Shown here piece by piece: positions 54,724-64,000 of a stretch of 64,000 bases of DNA (its first letter is position 1; every line of letters starts with the position of its first letter). This DNA is from a virus (lineage: Duplodnaviria; Caudoviricetes): positions 1 through 64,000 of IMG/VR virus record IMGVR_UViG_2511231106_000002. One strand, written 5' to 3'. Both the position numbers and the translations under genes were made by a program. The notes under the pieces were generated by a model. That model saw only the letters and a program-made list of their open reading frames with translations. It did not search any database and was not told the origin of the DNA.

Positions 54724-56967
54724 TTACAGGAAATCTGTGACTTTCAGCTTCAGCCCATAAATGAAATACCCGGCTTTCCGCTTACGCCTGTCAAACCCAG
54801 TTTTCTCTAATGCTCCGTAAAAATCCGTCGTACTGCGGGTATACTCGTTCATCTGCTGGCAGTACAGCCGATAGGCCGTATAAAGTTCCCCGGACTTCTC
54901 GCTGAAAGAGGCATCTTCTTCACAGCAGTCATCCAGGAAATGCCGAAGCCAGTCATTCTGCCCGCGGTATTCATTGATGGCAGATGCGACGCAATCAGGC
55001 GTATCCAGGTGATAGTTCTTGGCAATGACCCTCTCCGCCCCTTCGATAATCCACTGCAGGATGGCAGGACCGGCTTTCTCCACCAGGTAGTCTGCGTAGT
55101 TCTTGATGTCGCTCTTCCCTTCGAACTGGGCCTTGAAGGGCATGACGATAAGACGCCGCCATGTCCCTTCGTCATTGGCTCCCACCCTGGGCAGGTGGTT
55201 CGTGTAGAGGACCAGCGTGTGTGTCGGTACGAACTTAAAAGGATCCTTATACTTCTTTTCGCCGCTCACTTCATCCGTCGAGCAGAGCTGTTTCAGGATG
55301 GACGTAGAAAGCCGGACGCCTTCTTCCATTTCGGCGGCAATGATCATGCGCTTCCCCTTCAGCTCCGCCATTTCCGGACGGACGTTCCGCTTGCAGCCTG
55401 CCGTCAGGGCATCGGCAGAGATGCCGCCGCAGTAGCTGCCAAGGACGCGGGCCAGGGAATTCCAGTAGGTCGACTTGCCGTTGCGGCCGTCGCCGTACGC
55501 GATGACCAGGGCTTCTACATAGACTTTGCCGATAGCCATGAGACCGCTGATTTCCTGGGCGTAGTCGATGAGCGCCGTATCGCCGGTAAAGAACTGCCGG
55601 ACGGCCTGTTCCCAAATAGCTTTCCCTTCGATGCCCGGGTCTACAGAGGTACATTTCGTGATGAAGTCCGTCGCTCGGTGTTCCTGCCGTCCCCGCATCC
55701 CTTTCCGCAGATCATATGTATAAGACGGGGTGTTCAGCAGGAATTCATCTGCATCCAGTGCCTGGATAGGCATCTGGACCATGGGTTTCAATGCTTGCAA
55801 GGCCGACAGGATATAGCGCATATCGCGGCGTTTCAGGACAAACTTCCGGTACGCTTCTGCGGCAAGGTAGGCGGCGTAGGCTTTGGTCTGCTTTTCCTCA
55901 ATCATCTTCTCCAGGTTCCGTCCGCCCTTACGGATGATATCTTCCGAAATCCCTGTCCCTGCTAATTCCCTGAGTGCCTGCTCGGACTGTTCATTAGCAT
56001 CAGCCAGCTGCAAATCCAGGAATTCTTCCGCTGCACCGACCGCTGCCTGCCGCGATTCTTCCCAGCAGATGCCATCGTAGCGGATGAAATCCGTGCTGTC
56101 GGTGTAGCGCAGCTCGTTGCCGTATTCTCTGGCGATGACCTTGGCCTGGCCGATATCCGAATAATCCTCCGGCCGCAAGGAGTCCCGGGTGCCGAAATCG
56201 TTGTTGTATTCATCCGGGCTGACGTAACCTTCCTGCTTTGCGATGCGCTTGCCGAACCGTACGGCACTGCCCCAGATAGTGTTCAGCTCGGTGTCGGGAA
56301 GCGGCGGGTCGCACTTTTCCGCTTCGTCGAGGAAAATCTGGTACGCCTTTTCCGTCGCCCCGTAACGTTTGATGACGCGGCCGGCAAAACGGCTCATAGT
56401 GCTGTTCCGGCGTCCGGCCGGGATACTGCGTGACTCGGTATCTCCCACTTTGAGTACCTGGTCGATTGTCGTTTCCCCGTCCTGCCACAATACTTTCTCG
56501 ACAGGGCAGCCATAGATGAACCGGGCTGCATCGAGAGCCGCTTCATCGAAGAAGGGATACGCCCGGTGGATTGCCCGTTTCAGTTCTGTATAGTGCTGTT
56601 CATCCGTAATATCCGGGATCCCGAAATAAGCATGGAAGCGCGGTCTGGCACACTTCCCGTCCTTGGGTTTCATGTGATTCCTTGATGGCACGACGGCCAC
56701 CGAGACTTTCGGCAGTATGGCCAGGAGCTTTTCCATGGAAATCCAGTCAGCAGGATTCTCCGAGTGGGTGTTGTCACAATCCATGACCAGGACGTCGGCG
56801 GAGAGAAAATTCTCCCGCTTCCGATAACAATCTTTGAAGGCTACGCAGACATGATCGAAGGCGGCTGCCGCCTTCAGGTCCTCGGCACAGCTGATTTTCT
56901 GCTGCCTGGGATAGCGGCAATTCGCTTCCACGCCAGCAAAGTCTGACCTATAAAGTGTAAAATCCAT
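54724..56967 (-). CDS. P4-family primase-helicase (PriCT + D5 SF3)
   Basis: MDCDN, RFH, GRRNS, GDGRNGKS, TNHLP, WRR. Confidence 0.92.
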   Translation of the reverse strand: MDFTLYRSDFAGVEANCRYPRQQKISCAEDLKAAAAFDHVCVAFKDCYRKRENFLSADVLVMDCDNTHSENPADWISMEKLLAILPKVSVAVVPSRNHMKPKDGKCARPRFHAYFGIPDITDEQHYTELKRAIHRAYPFFDEAALDAARFIYGCPVEKVLWQDGETTIDQVLKVGDTESRSIPAGRRNSTMSRFAGRVIKRYGATEKAYQIFLDEAEKCDPPLPDTELNTIWGSAVRFGKRIAKQEGYVSPDEYNNDFGTRDSLRPEDYSDIGQAKVIAREYGNELRYTDSTDFIRYDGICWEESRQAAVGAAEEFLDLQLADANEQSEQALRELAGTGISEDIIRKGGRNLEKMIEEKQTKAYAAYLAAEAYRKFVLKRRDMRYILSALQALKPMVQMPIQALDADEFLLNTPSYTYDLRKGMRGRQEHRATDFITKCTSVDPGIEGKAIWEQAVRQFFTGDTALIDYAQEISGLMAIGKVYVEALVIAYGDGRNGKSTYWNSLARVLGSYCGGISADALTAGCKRNVRPEMAELKGKRMIIAAEMEEGVRLSTSILKQLCSTDEVSGEKKYKDPFKFVPTHTLVLYTNHLPRVGANDEGTWRRLIVMPFKAQFEGKSDIKNYADYLVEKAGPAILQWIIEGAERVIAKNYHLDTPDCVASAINEYRGQNDWLRHFLDDCCEEDASFSEKSGELYTAYRLYCQQMNEYTRSTTDFYGALEKTGFDRRKRKAGYFIYGLKLKVTDFL

Positions 56968-56968
56968 C

Positions 56969-57367
56969 TTATTTCACCTCGTTAATATACCGAATTGTTT
57001 TTCCTTTTCTTTGGGCGTACTGGATTTCTTTTTCCATTCCCGCCGAAATCACATCGCCAAAGACCCAGAGTTCGACGCAGCGGGACAATAGTGCGATATC
57101 CATAAAGAGTGCCAGTTCCCGTTCCGATTCTTCGTCGAGGAACTGCGGTAGATACAGATGCGGTGCCAGAGGGATATATCCCTGGTCTACCGTATAGCGG
57201 CAGTAGGCACAGGCTTTCCGGATATTTTCTTCCACATCCCCGGCATAGGGCGAACACACGTACACAACAGGCATGAACGGGAACCTTTGTGGTTCCACGT
57301 TCCTGATTGCCTGATACGCTGTCGGGTCCGGATAGTACTCTGCATTACGTTTCGGATTGTTTTCCAT
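56969..57367 (-). CDS. DUF4406-like protein
   Basis: VYVCSPYAGD, PLAPHL, ELWVFG..ISAGM..EI. Confidence 0.8.
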   Translation of the reverse strand: MENNPKRNAEYYPDPTAYQAIRNVEPQRFPFMPVVYVCSPYAGDVEENIRKACAYCRYTVDQGYIPLAPHLYLPQFLDEESERELALFMDIALLSRCVELWVFGDVISAGMEKEIQYAQRKGKTIRYINEVK

Positions 57368-57566
57368 GCAGTTCCATCCACCCCTCCGCACATTCATCGC
57401 ACAATACTGCCGTTCCCACCAGGTCAGCGTCACTGTCTGACAGGACATTCTTCAGATTGACAGGTACTTCCCTGCCACAGACCGGGCAACGGCAGAAAAC
57501 GTTTTCGTCATTGATTTCGACCGTCACATCGACACCATCCTTAAGTGGTTCTTTTACGTAAAACAT
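57345..57566 (-). CDS. Small Zn-ribbon protein
   Basis: CPVCG and CDEC. Confidence 0.75.
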   Translation of the reverse strand: MFYVKEPLKDGVDVTVEINDENVFCRCPVCGREVPVNLKNVLSDSDADLVGTAVLCDECAEGWMELHGKQSET

Positions 57567-57569
57567 GTT

Positions 57570-58232
57570 TCATCCCTCCAGTTCCGTCTTGTAATAGGTC
57601 ATGAGCATCTGCTTGCGCTGCTGGAAATCCGGGCAGGAATACAGCAGGCCGTAATCCAGGTGCTGCAGCCGGTCCAGAGCATGGATCTGCTGTGCAGTCA
57701 GATAAGGCCGGATGCTCTGCCCTTTTTCGATGCCGTTGGCCAGCCGGAACTGCTTGGCAGACATCCCCAGGACGATGCGGTTCAGCATGTCGGCTTCATT
57801 GCTGAAGTGATATGCCTTCGGGCTTTCATGCAGCCGGCAGATCATGTCCGTCAGCATCGGGAATTCCTGCCGGGCAGACAGGAGCGACCGGATGCACTGC
57901 TCCATCTCGTTGAAACGCTGGATATAGAGTTCCTTGAAGTGCATCGCCTTCGAGCCTGTGTAGCCCATGACCAGCATGGTGAACCCATCGCGGGTCAGCA
58001 GGTAACGTGGCAGTTTTCTTCCCCTGGCATCACGATATGTATTGCCCTCAAAATTGAGTGCAATGAATTCCGGGCTTAATCCAGAATTGGATGCAGTGAT
58101 TCGTCCGATATCACGCAGAACGTTATAATGCTGTTTTTCAAAAGTCGCTGCAACAAACAGGCTGTCGACCCTTGGTACACCTCTCTGATCAGCAAACACG
58201 CCAAATTCATCTTCTGGAATCAAAAACTTCAT
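57570..58232 (-). CDS. Rha-family phage regulatory protein
   Basis: VA..FEKQHYNVLRDI, LTRDGFTMLVMGYTG..A..FKELYI..FNEME. Confidence 0.9.
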   Translation of the reverse strand: MKFLIPEDEFGVFADQRGVPRVDSLFVAATFEKQHYNVLRDIGRITASNSGLSPEFIALNFEGNTYRDARGRKLPRYLLTRDGFTMLVMGYTGSKAMHFKELYIQRFNEMEQCIRSLLSARQEFPMLTDMICRLHESPKAYHFSNEADMLNRIVLGMSAKQFRLANGIEKGQSIRPYLTAQQIHALDRLQHLDYGLLYSCPDFQQRKQMLMTYYKTELEG

Positions 58233-58282
58233 AGCGAATCCCGCCTTTCTTAAAATAAATATCCGAGGAAATTCCCTCTGAT

Positions 58283-58314
58283 AGTGAAAGGACAGGAATC
58301 ACTATGTTAAGTAC
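58283..58314 (-). promoter_or_regulatory. Motif I copy 2
   Basis: GTACTTAAC-N11-TGTCCTTTCACT upstream of rha. Confidence 0.7.
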
Positions 58315-58321
58315 CGGGAAA

Positions 58322-60310
58322 TCAATCTTTTTTATAAAATTCGCACTCATACCCGTCTGCCCGGAGTAATAGCCCTTCAGCCCACGACGGCGTCCGGCCC
58401 ATCTGCTCACAGATGGCATCGACGCTAGTGTCTTTGGAACACTCGATAATCAGTTCATCATGGACATGGCCGACGATGGCGCAGCATCGCAGCGTCTGCA
58501 TGGCATAGCAGAGGATGTCCCGGCTGATGCCCTGGACGATGTTCTCCACGAACTTCGGGCCATAGCTTTCGAGCCGTTCCCACTTCTTCGTTGCGCCGAT
58601 GCCTTCATAGGTGACGGATTCCCCACCGAAGCGGTTCTCGCCTATCCGGGGCTTTATGTAGGAAAGCCGCCGTCCGCTGGGGAGCTGTATGAACAGCATG
58701 CCGCTCTGATACAGAAAGCGGATGCAGCCAGTCCGCATGGGGATACGTTCCTTGATGGCTGTCTTCACGGCGGCGTCCACCTGCCACCAGAAATCGACGA
58801 TGTGCGGATTGGCTGACCGCCAGGACCGCACCAGAGGATACAGCTCATTTTCCGTAAGTCCCATGTCCAGGGCGCCCATGGCCTTCAGCGCTCCTACGGA
58901 GCCGCCATAGCCAAGGGCCAGTTCTGCGATTTTCCCTTTCTGCCGGAGATGCCCGTTGACGCCATGCTTTTCTACGGGAACGCCGAACATGGAGCTAGCC
59001 GAGGCGCAGTAAATGTCGCCATTCCTGGCAAAGACATCCGAACGCCATGTTTCTCCTGCCAGCCACGAAAGCACCCTGGCTTCAATGGCCGAAAAATCCG
59101 CTACGGCAAACTTCAGTCCCTGCCGGGGCACAAAGGCCGTACGGATCAGCTGGGAAAGGACATCGGGGATGGAATCATACAGGAGTTCCATGGCTTCGTA
59201 ATTTCCCTGGCGTACCAGTTCCCGGGCTTCCGAAAGATCCGGCAGATGATTCTGGGGAAGATTCTGCAGCTGGATGTGCCGGCCGGCAAACCGCCCGGTC
59301 CGGTTGGCCCCATAGAACTGGAACATCCCTCTGGCCCGGCCATCCTCGCAGGCCGTCATCCCCATGGCCTGGTATTTCCGGACCGAGGATTTGGCCAGCT
59401 TCTGCCGGAGCAGCAACACACTGCGCAGCGGTTCTTCTGCCGTCTTCAGCAGCTTTTCTACCTGCTTTTTGCCCAAGGAATCGGTCTTCATCCCATGCTG
59501 TTCCAGCCAGCCGATCATCTGTATGACGGAGTTCGGGTTCTCCAGACCCGTCTTTTCCTTCAGCACAGCCATCAGGCTGTCCCGGCTGCGGGCATCGATG
59601 ACGATGGCATTTTTAGCCAGCGTCCTGTCGATGGCGATGCCCCGGTCATTGATTTCCTGGTCGAGATGATATTCATCCCATATCGGTTCCGGGACGGGAT
59701 ACTTCTTCAGCCGCTCCTGGATGGCCATTTCCACTTCCACATCCCGTTTGTTGTAGGACTTGAACAGTGTCCATTTGTCCAGCGCATGCTGAGGAAGGTT
59801 TCTTGTCCGGCCGCCATTCGATTTTGTTTCCTTGCAGGGAACACAGAAATAGCGGATCAGGTCTTTGCCTTCCTTTATCTTCTGGCTGTCCAGCTTCAGC
59901 ACGGCTCCTACGCCTTCCAGGGAAAGGGGCAGGCCCATATAGGCCGACCAGACCATGGAGCATTTCCATCCTGCCGGATTGAGGAACCTGGCACAGTCCT
60001 GGGAAAGCGGATGATGGTCACGGAACGGGTCCAGGCTCATCCCCAGGTCACACAGGTAGCGCGACAGGCAGACCCGTTCAAAGCTGGCATTGAACGCCCA
60101 CTTGGTAACGGATTCATCGGTCAGGGCATCCAGGATATCGTCCGGGATGCCCTCTCCCTGCGCCAGGTCAACGACCTGCACTTCGCCGCCGTCCACCGAA
60201 TATCCAAAGAGAAGGATTTCAAAGGCTGGCGATTCGGCATATTTGTACACACCGCATTTTGCCAGATTGATATCGCTGAATGTTTCAATATCGATACTGA
60301 TGGTTTTCAT
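58322..60310 (-). CDS. Phage DNA polymerase, family A
   Basis: DIET exonuclease motif, TGRFAG, DFSAIEAR, K.AELALGYG, HVHDE. Confidence 0.93.
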   Translation of the reverse strand: MKTISIDIETFSDINLAKCGVYKYAESPAFEILLFGYSVDGGEVQVVDLAQGEGIPDDILDALTDESVTKWAFNASFERVCLSRYLCDLGMSLDPFRDHHPLSQDCARFLNPAGWKCSMVWSAYMGLPLSLEGVGAVLKLDSQKIKEGKDLIRYFCVPCKETKSNGGRTRNLPQHALDKWTLFKSYNKRDVEVEMAIQERLKKYPVPEPIWDEYHLDQEINDRGIAIDRTLAKNAIVIDARSRDSLMAVLKEKTGLENPNSVIQMIGWLEQHGMKTDSLGKKQVEKLLKTAEEPLRSVLLLRQKLAKSSVRKYQAMGMTACEDGRARGMFQFYGANRTGRFAGRHIQLQNLPQNHLPDLSEARELVRQGNYEAMELLYDSIPDVLSQLIRTAFVPRQGLKFAVADFSAIEARVLSWLAGETWRSDVFARNGDIYCASASSMFGVPVEKHGVNGHLRQKGKIAELALGYGGSVGALKAMGALDMGLTENELYPLVRSWRSANPHIVDFWWQVDAAVKTAIKERIPMRTGCIRFLYQSGMLFIQLPSGRRLSYIKPRIGENRFGGESVTYEGIGATKKWERLESYGPKFVENIVQGISRDILCYAMQTLRCCAIVGHVHDELIIECSKDTSVDAICEQMGRTPSWAEGLLLRADGYECEFYKKD

Positions 60311-60366
60311 ACGCTTCACCTCGAAAAAGCGGCGAGGCACAAGGCCCCGCCGCTATTCACTACTAC

Positions 60367-60561
60367 TTATTTCCGGAAGGATTCCATCTGCTTGCGGTGG
60401 TACTCTTCTTCCCGTTCATCCCGGTGCCGAGCCATTTCTTCATCCCGCTGGTCTTTTTTGATATCCGTATAGATCATAGCCACGAAGAATCCTCCGGCGC
60501 ACAGTGCAACCAGGCAGTACAGGCCATCCAGAATCAGTCTCATCATAGTTTCCATAATCAC
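60367..60561 (-). CDS. Small membrane protein
   Basis: One TM segment plus charged tail; AGGAGG RBS. Confidence 0.6.
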   Translation of the reverse strand: MIMETMMRLILDGLYCLVALCAGGFFVAMIYTDIKKDQRDEEMARHRDEREEEYHRKQMESFRK

Positions 60562-60567
60562 GCCTCC

Positions 60568-61134
60568 TTATGCCAGGAAATCATCATCGTCAGCCGTAGC
60601 GAAGTCATCTTCTGCACGCGGCTTGCCGCCAAGGGGTTCACCATCACGGATTTTCTGCAGGTTGTTCAGGCCGCAGGCGATGCCCTTGTTGCCATTGCTG
60701 TTGAAGGCATAGAAGTTGATGGATGCACGGCCATAGACGCCGGAGTAGACTTCAGAGCGTTCCAGGATATGCTGGCAGTCAGCATCAACGATGCCCGGCT
60801 TGGTCGCCGAGTTGGCATTGACGAAGAAGCTGTCTTTATAGGCATCATCGCCCGGGCGTTCCAGGTCGCCGTCACGGAGCGGCGTTTTGATGGCTTCGAG
60901 AGCCGGTACAGTGCGGCCATTGCCCTTGAGCTTGCTTTCGCCTTCTTCGTAAGCAGCCTTGATGGCAGCGCGGATTTTTTCTACGGTCTTTGTATCCGAC
61001 TTAGGGATGATCAGGCTGACGCTGTATTTCGGCGTACCGCCGTTGATGGACTTCGGTTCCCAGACGTTGGCGTAAGACCAGCGCGTATTGACTCCGGTGA
61101 TTACCTTGCACGGATTGACGTAGTTGTTAGACAT
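60568..61134 (-). CDS. DUF2815 ssDNA-binding protein
   Basis: RWSYANVWEP, PLRDGD, YSG.Y, GLNNLQK.RDGEPLGG, acidic tail. Confidence 0.9.
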   Translation of the reverse strand: MSNNYVNPCKVITGVNTRWSYANVWEPKSINGGTPKYSVSLIIPKSDTKTVEKIRAAIKAAYEEGESKLKGNGRTVPALEAIKTPLRDGDLERPGDDAYKDSFFVNANSATKPGIVDADCQHILERSEVYSGVYGRASINFYAFNSNGNKGIACGLNNLQKIRDGEPLGGKPRAEDDFATADDDDFLA

Positions 61135-61147
61135 AGTAGTTTCCTCC

Positions 61148-62281
61148 TTAATTTGCAGCGTTAAAATCATCAGCCGCCGTATGCATCGCCGGACGCTTGT
61201 CCGATTCCGGTACCAGGACCGGTTTTCCCTGCGGCTTTTCGACTAAATTTGACAGCAGTTCTTCGAACCGCTTCTTGCCGAGCTGTTTTGTCATTGCCGT
61301 GATGCCGAGCAGCTTCTTTTCATATGGGTCGAAGCCCGCTTCTTCCACTTTGGCGGCGACTGCTTCTTCACTTACGTAGCGGCGGTTCGACCGGCCTTCG
61401 ACCAGTTTCCATCCGTCCCACTGCTTGCCGGAAAGGGCTTGCTGCAATGCGTATTCCTTGACATCCCCGGCCCAGTTCACCAGTTCATCGGCCCTCTCCA
61501 GGACGGCTTCGATTTCTTCATCCTGCAGCGTGGACGGGACGGCAAAATCATACCGGGCCAGTTCCAGATTGTACTCGGCCCGCTTGCGGCAGGTTGCCTT
61601 GATCTTGCAGAAGCGGCAGTGGTCACCGGCTTTATATTCGCCCTCACCTTTCGCCGCCAGTTCTGCCGCAGGCTTCAGCACCGTTTCGGCCCACTGGAGC
61701 AGTTCTTCCTTGCTCATGGTGCAGGTGCTGACGTTGTCCCGGCGGGGCTGGAAGATCGTCATGGACACCTGGCGGATATCATAGATGCCATCAAACAGGT
61801 TCAGCGCACCGAGGGCATAGCACATCATCTGCGGATTCTTCTCGGAATCCACCAGGACTCCCAAGCCATGCTTGTAATCGATGACTGTCAGGGTATCGTC
61901 GGCTACGATGAGGCAGTCGCCTGTTCCAAAACCGCCTGGCACCCACTGGGAAAAGTCCAGCCGCTGTTCGATCATGATCATCGGGTCCTTGCAGGATGCT
62001 TTGGCTGTGGCCAGGCATTCCATGACGAACTGCGCGTATTCATCAGTGCATTCCGCCATCTCCTCATCAAAGTACGTGAGTCCCTTCGTCGGATCTTCCA
62101 GTTTCTGCCCCAGCGCCGTCTTCACCTTGAATTCGCAGAGCGTATGGGCATCCGTTCCCTGGCGGGCGAATTCACTGGAGGTATCCGGCAGCTTGGCACA
62201 TTCCTTCGCAGACGGCGGGCAGGCCAGCCAGCGGTAGCAAGAAGATGCGGACAGCACCGCATGTTTATCCGGCATGGCCAA
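61148..62281 (-). CDS. DUF2800 Cas4-like exonuclease
   Basis: HAVLSAS..RW..CP.S, GFGTGD, IDYK.G, NPQM..YA, C.FC. Confidence 0.9.
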   Translation of the reverse strand: MAMPDKHAVLSASSCYRWLACPPSAKECAKLPDTSSEFARQGTDAHTLCEFKVKTALGQKLEDPTKGLTYFDEEMAECTDEYAQFVMECLATAKASCKDPMIMIEQRLDFSQWVPGGFGTGDCLIVADDTLTVIDYKHGLGVLVDSEKNPQMMCYALGALNLFDGIYDIRQVSMTIFQPRRDNVSTCTMSKEELLQWAETVLKPAAELAAKGEGEYKAGDHCRFCKIKATCRKRAEYNLELARYDFAVPSTLQDEEIEAVLERADELVNWAGDVKEYALQQALSGKQWDGWKLVEGRSNRRYVSEEAVAAKVEEAGFDPYEKKLLGITAMTKQLGKKRFEELLSNLVEKPQGKPVLVPESDKRPAMHTAADDFNAAN

Positions 62282-62597
62282 TCACCTCCAGTTCCTTCAG
62301 GAACGCTTCATACTGTGCCGCATCAATGCCGGACAGCTTGTCCGCCCCGTACTTCTGGATAAGGCTGCGAACTTCGTCCGTGAATCCCTTGCGGGCCTTG
62401 TCGGCAGCGACTTTGCGGACATCTTCCAGTGTCAGCGGCTTTTCCAATTTCTCTGATTTCGCTTCCGAAGCTGTCGGATTATCTTCTTTCACCGCCATGG
62501 CCTCGGAAATCTTCAGCAGTGCCTTGCCGCAATCGCCCAGGGCCGCTGCCAGTTTCTGCAGTTCATCGTTTGTCATACGGATTGACTCCTTTCGCAC
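62265..62597 (-). CDS. Conserved phage replication-module protein
   Basis: LTLEDVR...V..LI.KYGA.KLS.I. Confidence 0.75.
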   Translation of the reverse strand: MRKESIRMTNDELQKLAAALGDCGKALLKISEAMAVKEDNPTASEAKSEKLEKPLTLEDVRKVAADKARKGFTDEVRSLIQKYGADKLSGIDAAQYEAFLKELEVIGHAG

Positions 62598-62733
62598 ATC
62601 TTTGCATTGATAAGAGATGGATGTTCCTAGCGATACTGCGGGTCGTGGCGCTGATGGTCATCAGCACCGCCGCCAGTTCCCGGTCCAGCTTTTGCTGCTG
62701 AGCCAGTTTTTCAGGTGTCTGTGTGTACATCAT
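62563..62733 (-). CDS. Small hypothetical protein (56 aa)
   Basis: Read manually: MMYTQTPEKLAQQQKLDRELAAVLMTISATTRSIARN...; AAGGAGG RBS. Confidence 0.65.
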   Translation of the reverse strand: MMYTQTPEKLAQQQKLDRELAAVLMTISATTRSIARNIHLLSMQRCAKGVNPYDKR

Positions 62734-62778
62734 CTTGGGTTCCTCCTTCCTAAAGGGCTTCTTCGTTCGCCCTCCACC

Positions 62779-62810
62779 AGTAATAGGACAACCGCATCAT
62801 CGTTAAGTAC
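62779..62810 (-). promoter_or_regulatory. Motif I copy 3
   Basis: GTACTTAACGAT-N-TGTCCTATTACT at the head of the replication operon. Confidence 0.75.
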
Positions 62811-62818
62811 CGATTCCG

Positions 62819-62859
62819 AAAAAAAACCGGCCACATTTTTTGTGACCGGGTCTTTTTTC
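62819..62859. terminator. Terminator after the sigma-like gene
   Basis: A-tract, CCGGCCACA...TGTGACCGG stem, T-tract. Confidence 0.7.
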
Positions 62860-62862
62860 TTC

Positions 62863-63363
62863 TTAACGGAAGTCTTTGAGATGTTCCTTCAGGAGTGCAT
62901 ACAGCTTGTGTTTGCGCTTGTTCACCGCTTTCTGGCTCAAGCCGACGGCCTTCCCGGTCGCCGCTTCGCTGGCACCATCGGCAAGCATCAGCAAGATGGT
63001 CCGGTCGATATCCTGCAGAGCTGCCAGTTCATGGCGCAGCGCTGCCAGCAACTCTTTCTTCACGACTTCTTCCTCTAGGTTTAAGTCATCAGGCACCTCC
63101 AGCTCGTAGTCATCCCGCACTTTGTCCGCCGATACCTCATCGGCACCATGCCGCTGCTGGCGCTTATCTTCCCGCCAGAGCGGACGCATGAATTCATAGT
63201 ACTGTTCTTTGGTTGCTGGAATCAGGATTGTACGTACCTTACGACAGCCGATTTTTGAGCAGCGGACTTCACAGTCCTTGTACGCCTCGGTGATGACGGT
63301 TTCTGGAGTGAGTTCCAGAGGAATGTAAAAACGTTTCTCATTGCTTGTCTGTTTTTTATACAT
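62863..63363 (-). CDS. Sigma-70 region-4-like transcription factor
   Basis: WREDKRQQR; C-terminal HTH SEAATGKAVGLSQKAVNKRK; start moved to MYKKQ. Confidence 0.75.
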   Translation of the reverse strand: MYKKQTSNEKRFYIPLELTPETVITEAYKDCEVRCSKIGCRKVRTILIPATKEQYYEFMRPLWREDKRQQRHGADEVSADKVRDDYELEVPDDLNLEEEVVKKELLAALRHELAALQDIDRTILLMLADGASEAATGKAVGLSQKAVNKRKHKLYALLKEHLKDFR

Positions 63364-63672
63364 TTTTGTCTCCATTCCGTCCGAGAAGAACGGCGGAGAC
63401 AAAAAGCTGGCACTGATACAGCATCAGCGCCAGTTTTCTGACAGCCCAAATAGGCATAGAAAAACACGGTGGATGCATGATCAGCAAAGTACAATCATCG
63501 GCTGTACTTTCTGCTTTATGCAACCGCCGCCCTTATAGCGCTATTCGGACTACGATTTATTTGTGGCCAGGGGCTCTCTCCCTTGCCTGCCTATAGTCTA
63601 TGCCAAAATCAAAATCGTGTAATTGACATGAAGTGGCGTAAAATGGAATAAAATGGTTTGCTGAAAAAAGGC

Positions 63673-63710
63673 AAAAAAAATAGGCTTCTCACCTTAGTGA
63701 GAAGCCTATT
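63673..63710 (-). terminator. Intrinsic terminator
   Basis: AATAGGCTTCTCAC/GTGAGAAGCCTATT 14-bp stem with a U tract on the minus strand. Confidence 0.85.
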
Positions 63711-63719
63711 ACAAATAGT

Positions 63720-64000
63720 TTATTCTTGATATCCGTCAATCAAGCCATATCTCCCTATCCCCTTGTTTTTTGTAAAGTGAATAAGGTTTGCACCTTCATA
63801 ATCGATAGATGGAATTTCATTTTCAATAACAATCGTTTGTGGAGAATCCGCCCTTGTCAAAAAATATCTAAATAAATGCTCTTTCATGGGCTCCGTAACA
63901 TACGAATCTCTCTTTGAATCTTTTTCTTTTAATGAAAGAATCGGGGAATCTATAACGAAAAGCGTAGGATGATAATGCCCCATCTTTTCCAGACAATTTT
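63720..64000 (-). CDS. C-terminus of an SMC/ABC-type ATPase (gene runs off the window)
   Basis: Walker B-like LFVIDSP, Q.IVIEN, terminal RYG; AT-rich. Confidence 0.6.
   Translation of the reverse strand, partial: NCLEKMGHYHPTLFVIDSPILSLKEKDSKRDSYVTEPMKEHLFRYFLTRADSPQTIVIENEIPSIDYEGANLIHFTKNKGIGRYGLIDGYQE

Larger units (their letters stand above)
7574..64000 (-). mobile_element. Prophage R (myovirus-like, HK97-type head, tandem serine recombinases) including rtcB/DUF4268 cargo and the blaACI-1 IS cluster; left boundary inferred
   Basis: Continuous replication-packaging-head-tail-lysis-recombinase order on the minus strand over 16210-63402; left junction inferred from the truncated baseplate J. 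Confidence 0.75.

Noticed and set aside
61148-62281. Cas4-like gene as a sign of CRISPR-Cas
   Set aside because: It is the usual DUF2800 gene of PolA-type phage replication modules; I saw no repeat-spacer array or other cas genes
1-64000. tRNA or rRNA genes
   Set aside because: None recognised by eye; a tRNAscan-SE or Infernal run would be needed to exclude them

Overview
This window looks like Negativicutes (diderm Firmicutes) DNA and is almost entirely mobile. (1) 1-~7573 is the tail-fibre/lysis end of a contractile-tail prophage (prophage L). Its two tail-fibre genes are each followed by start-less alternative C-terminal cassettes bounded by recombinase-type crossover sites. The sites share the same arms but have different 7-bp spacers, which suggests two parallel shufflons. 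Prophage L also carries an adenine methyltransferase frameshifted at a G9 tract. (2) ~7574-64000 is a second, apparently near-complete prophage (prophage R) that seems to have integrated into the baseplate J gene of prophage L. It has tandem large serine recombinases, a PolA/primase/SNF2 replication module, an HK97-type head, a PBSX-like contractile tail and a terminase with a class 3-type intein. Its cargo is rtcB plus a DUF4268 nuclease, an AlkA-like glycosylase plus a SacI-like R-M system, a UDG-like moron and an amidoligase/GGCT module. (3) 9855-16114 is a nest of four IS elements next to the class A beta-lactamase blaACI-1. All calls come from motif recognition and manual reading of the sequence; no database searches were run.
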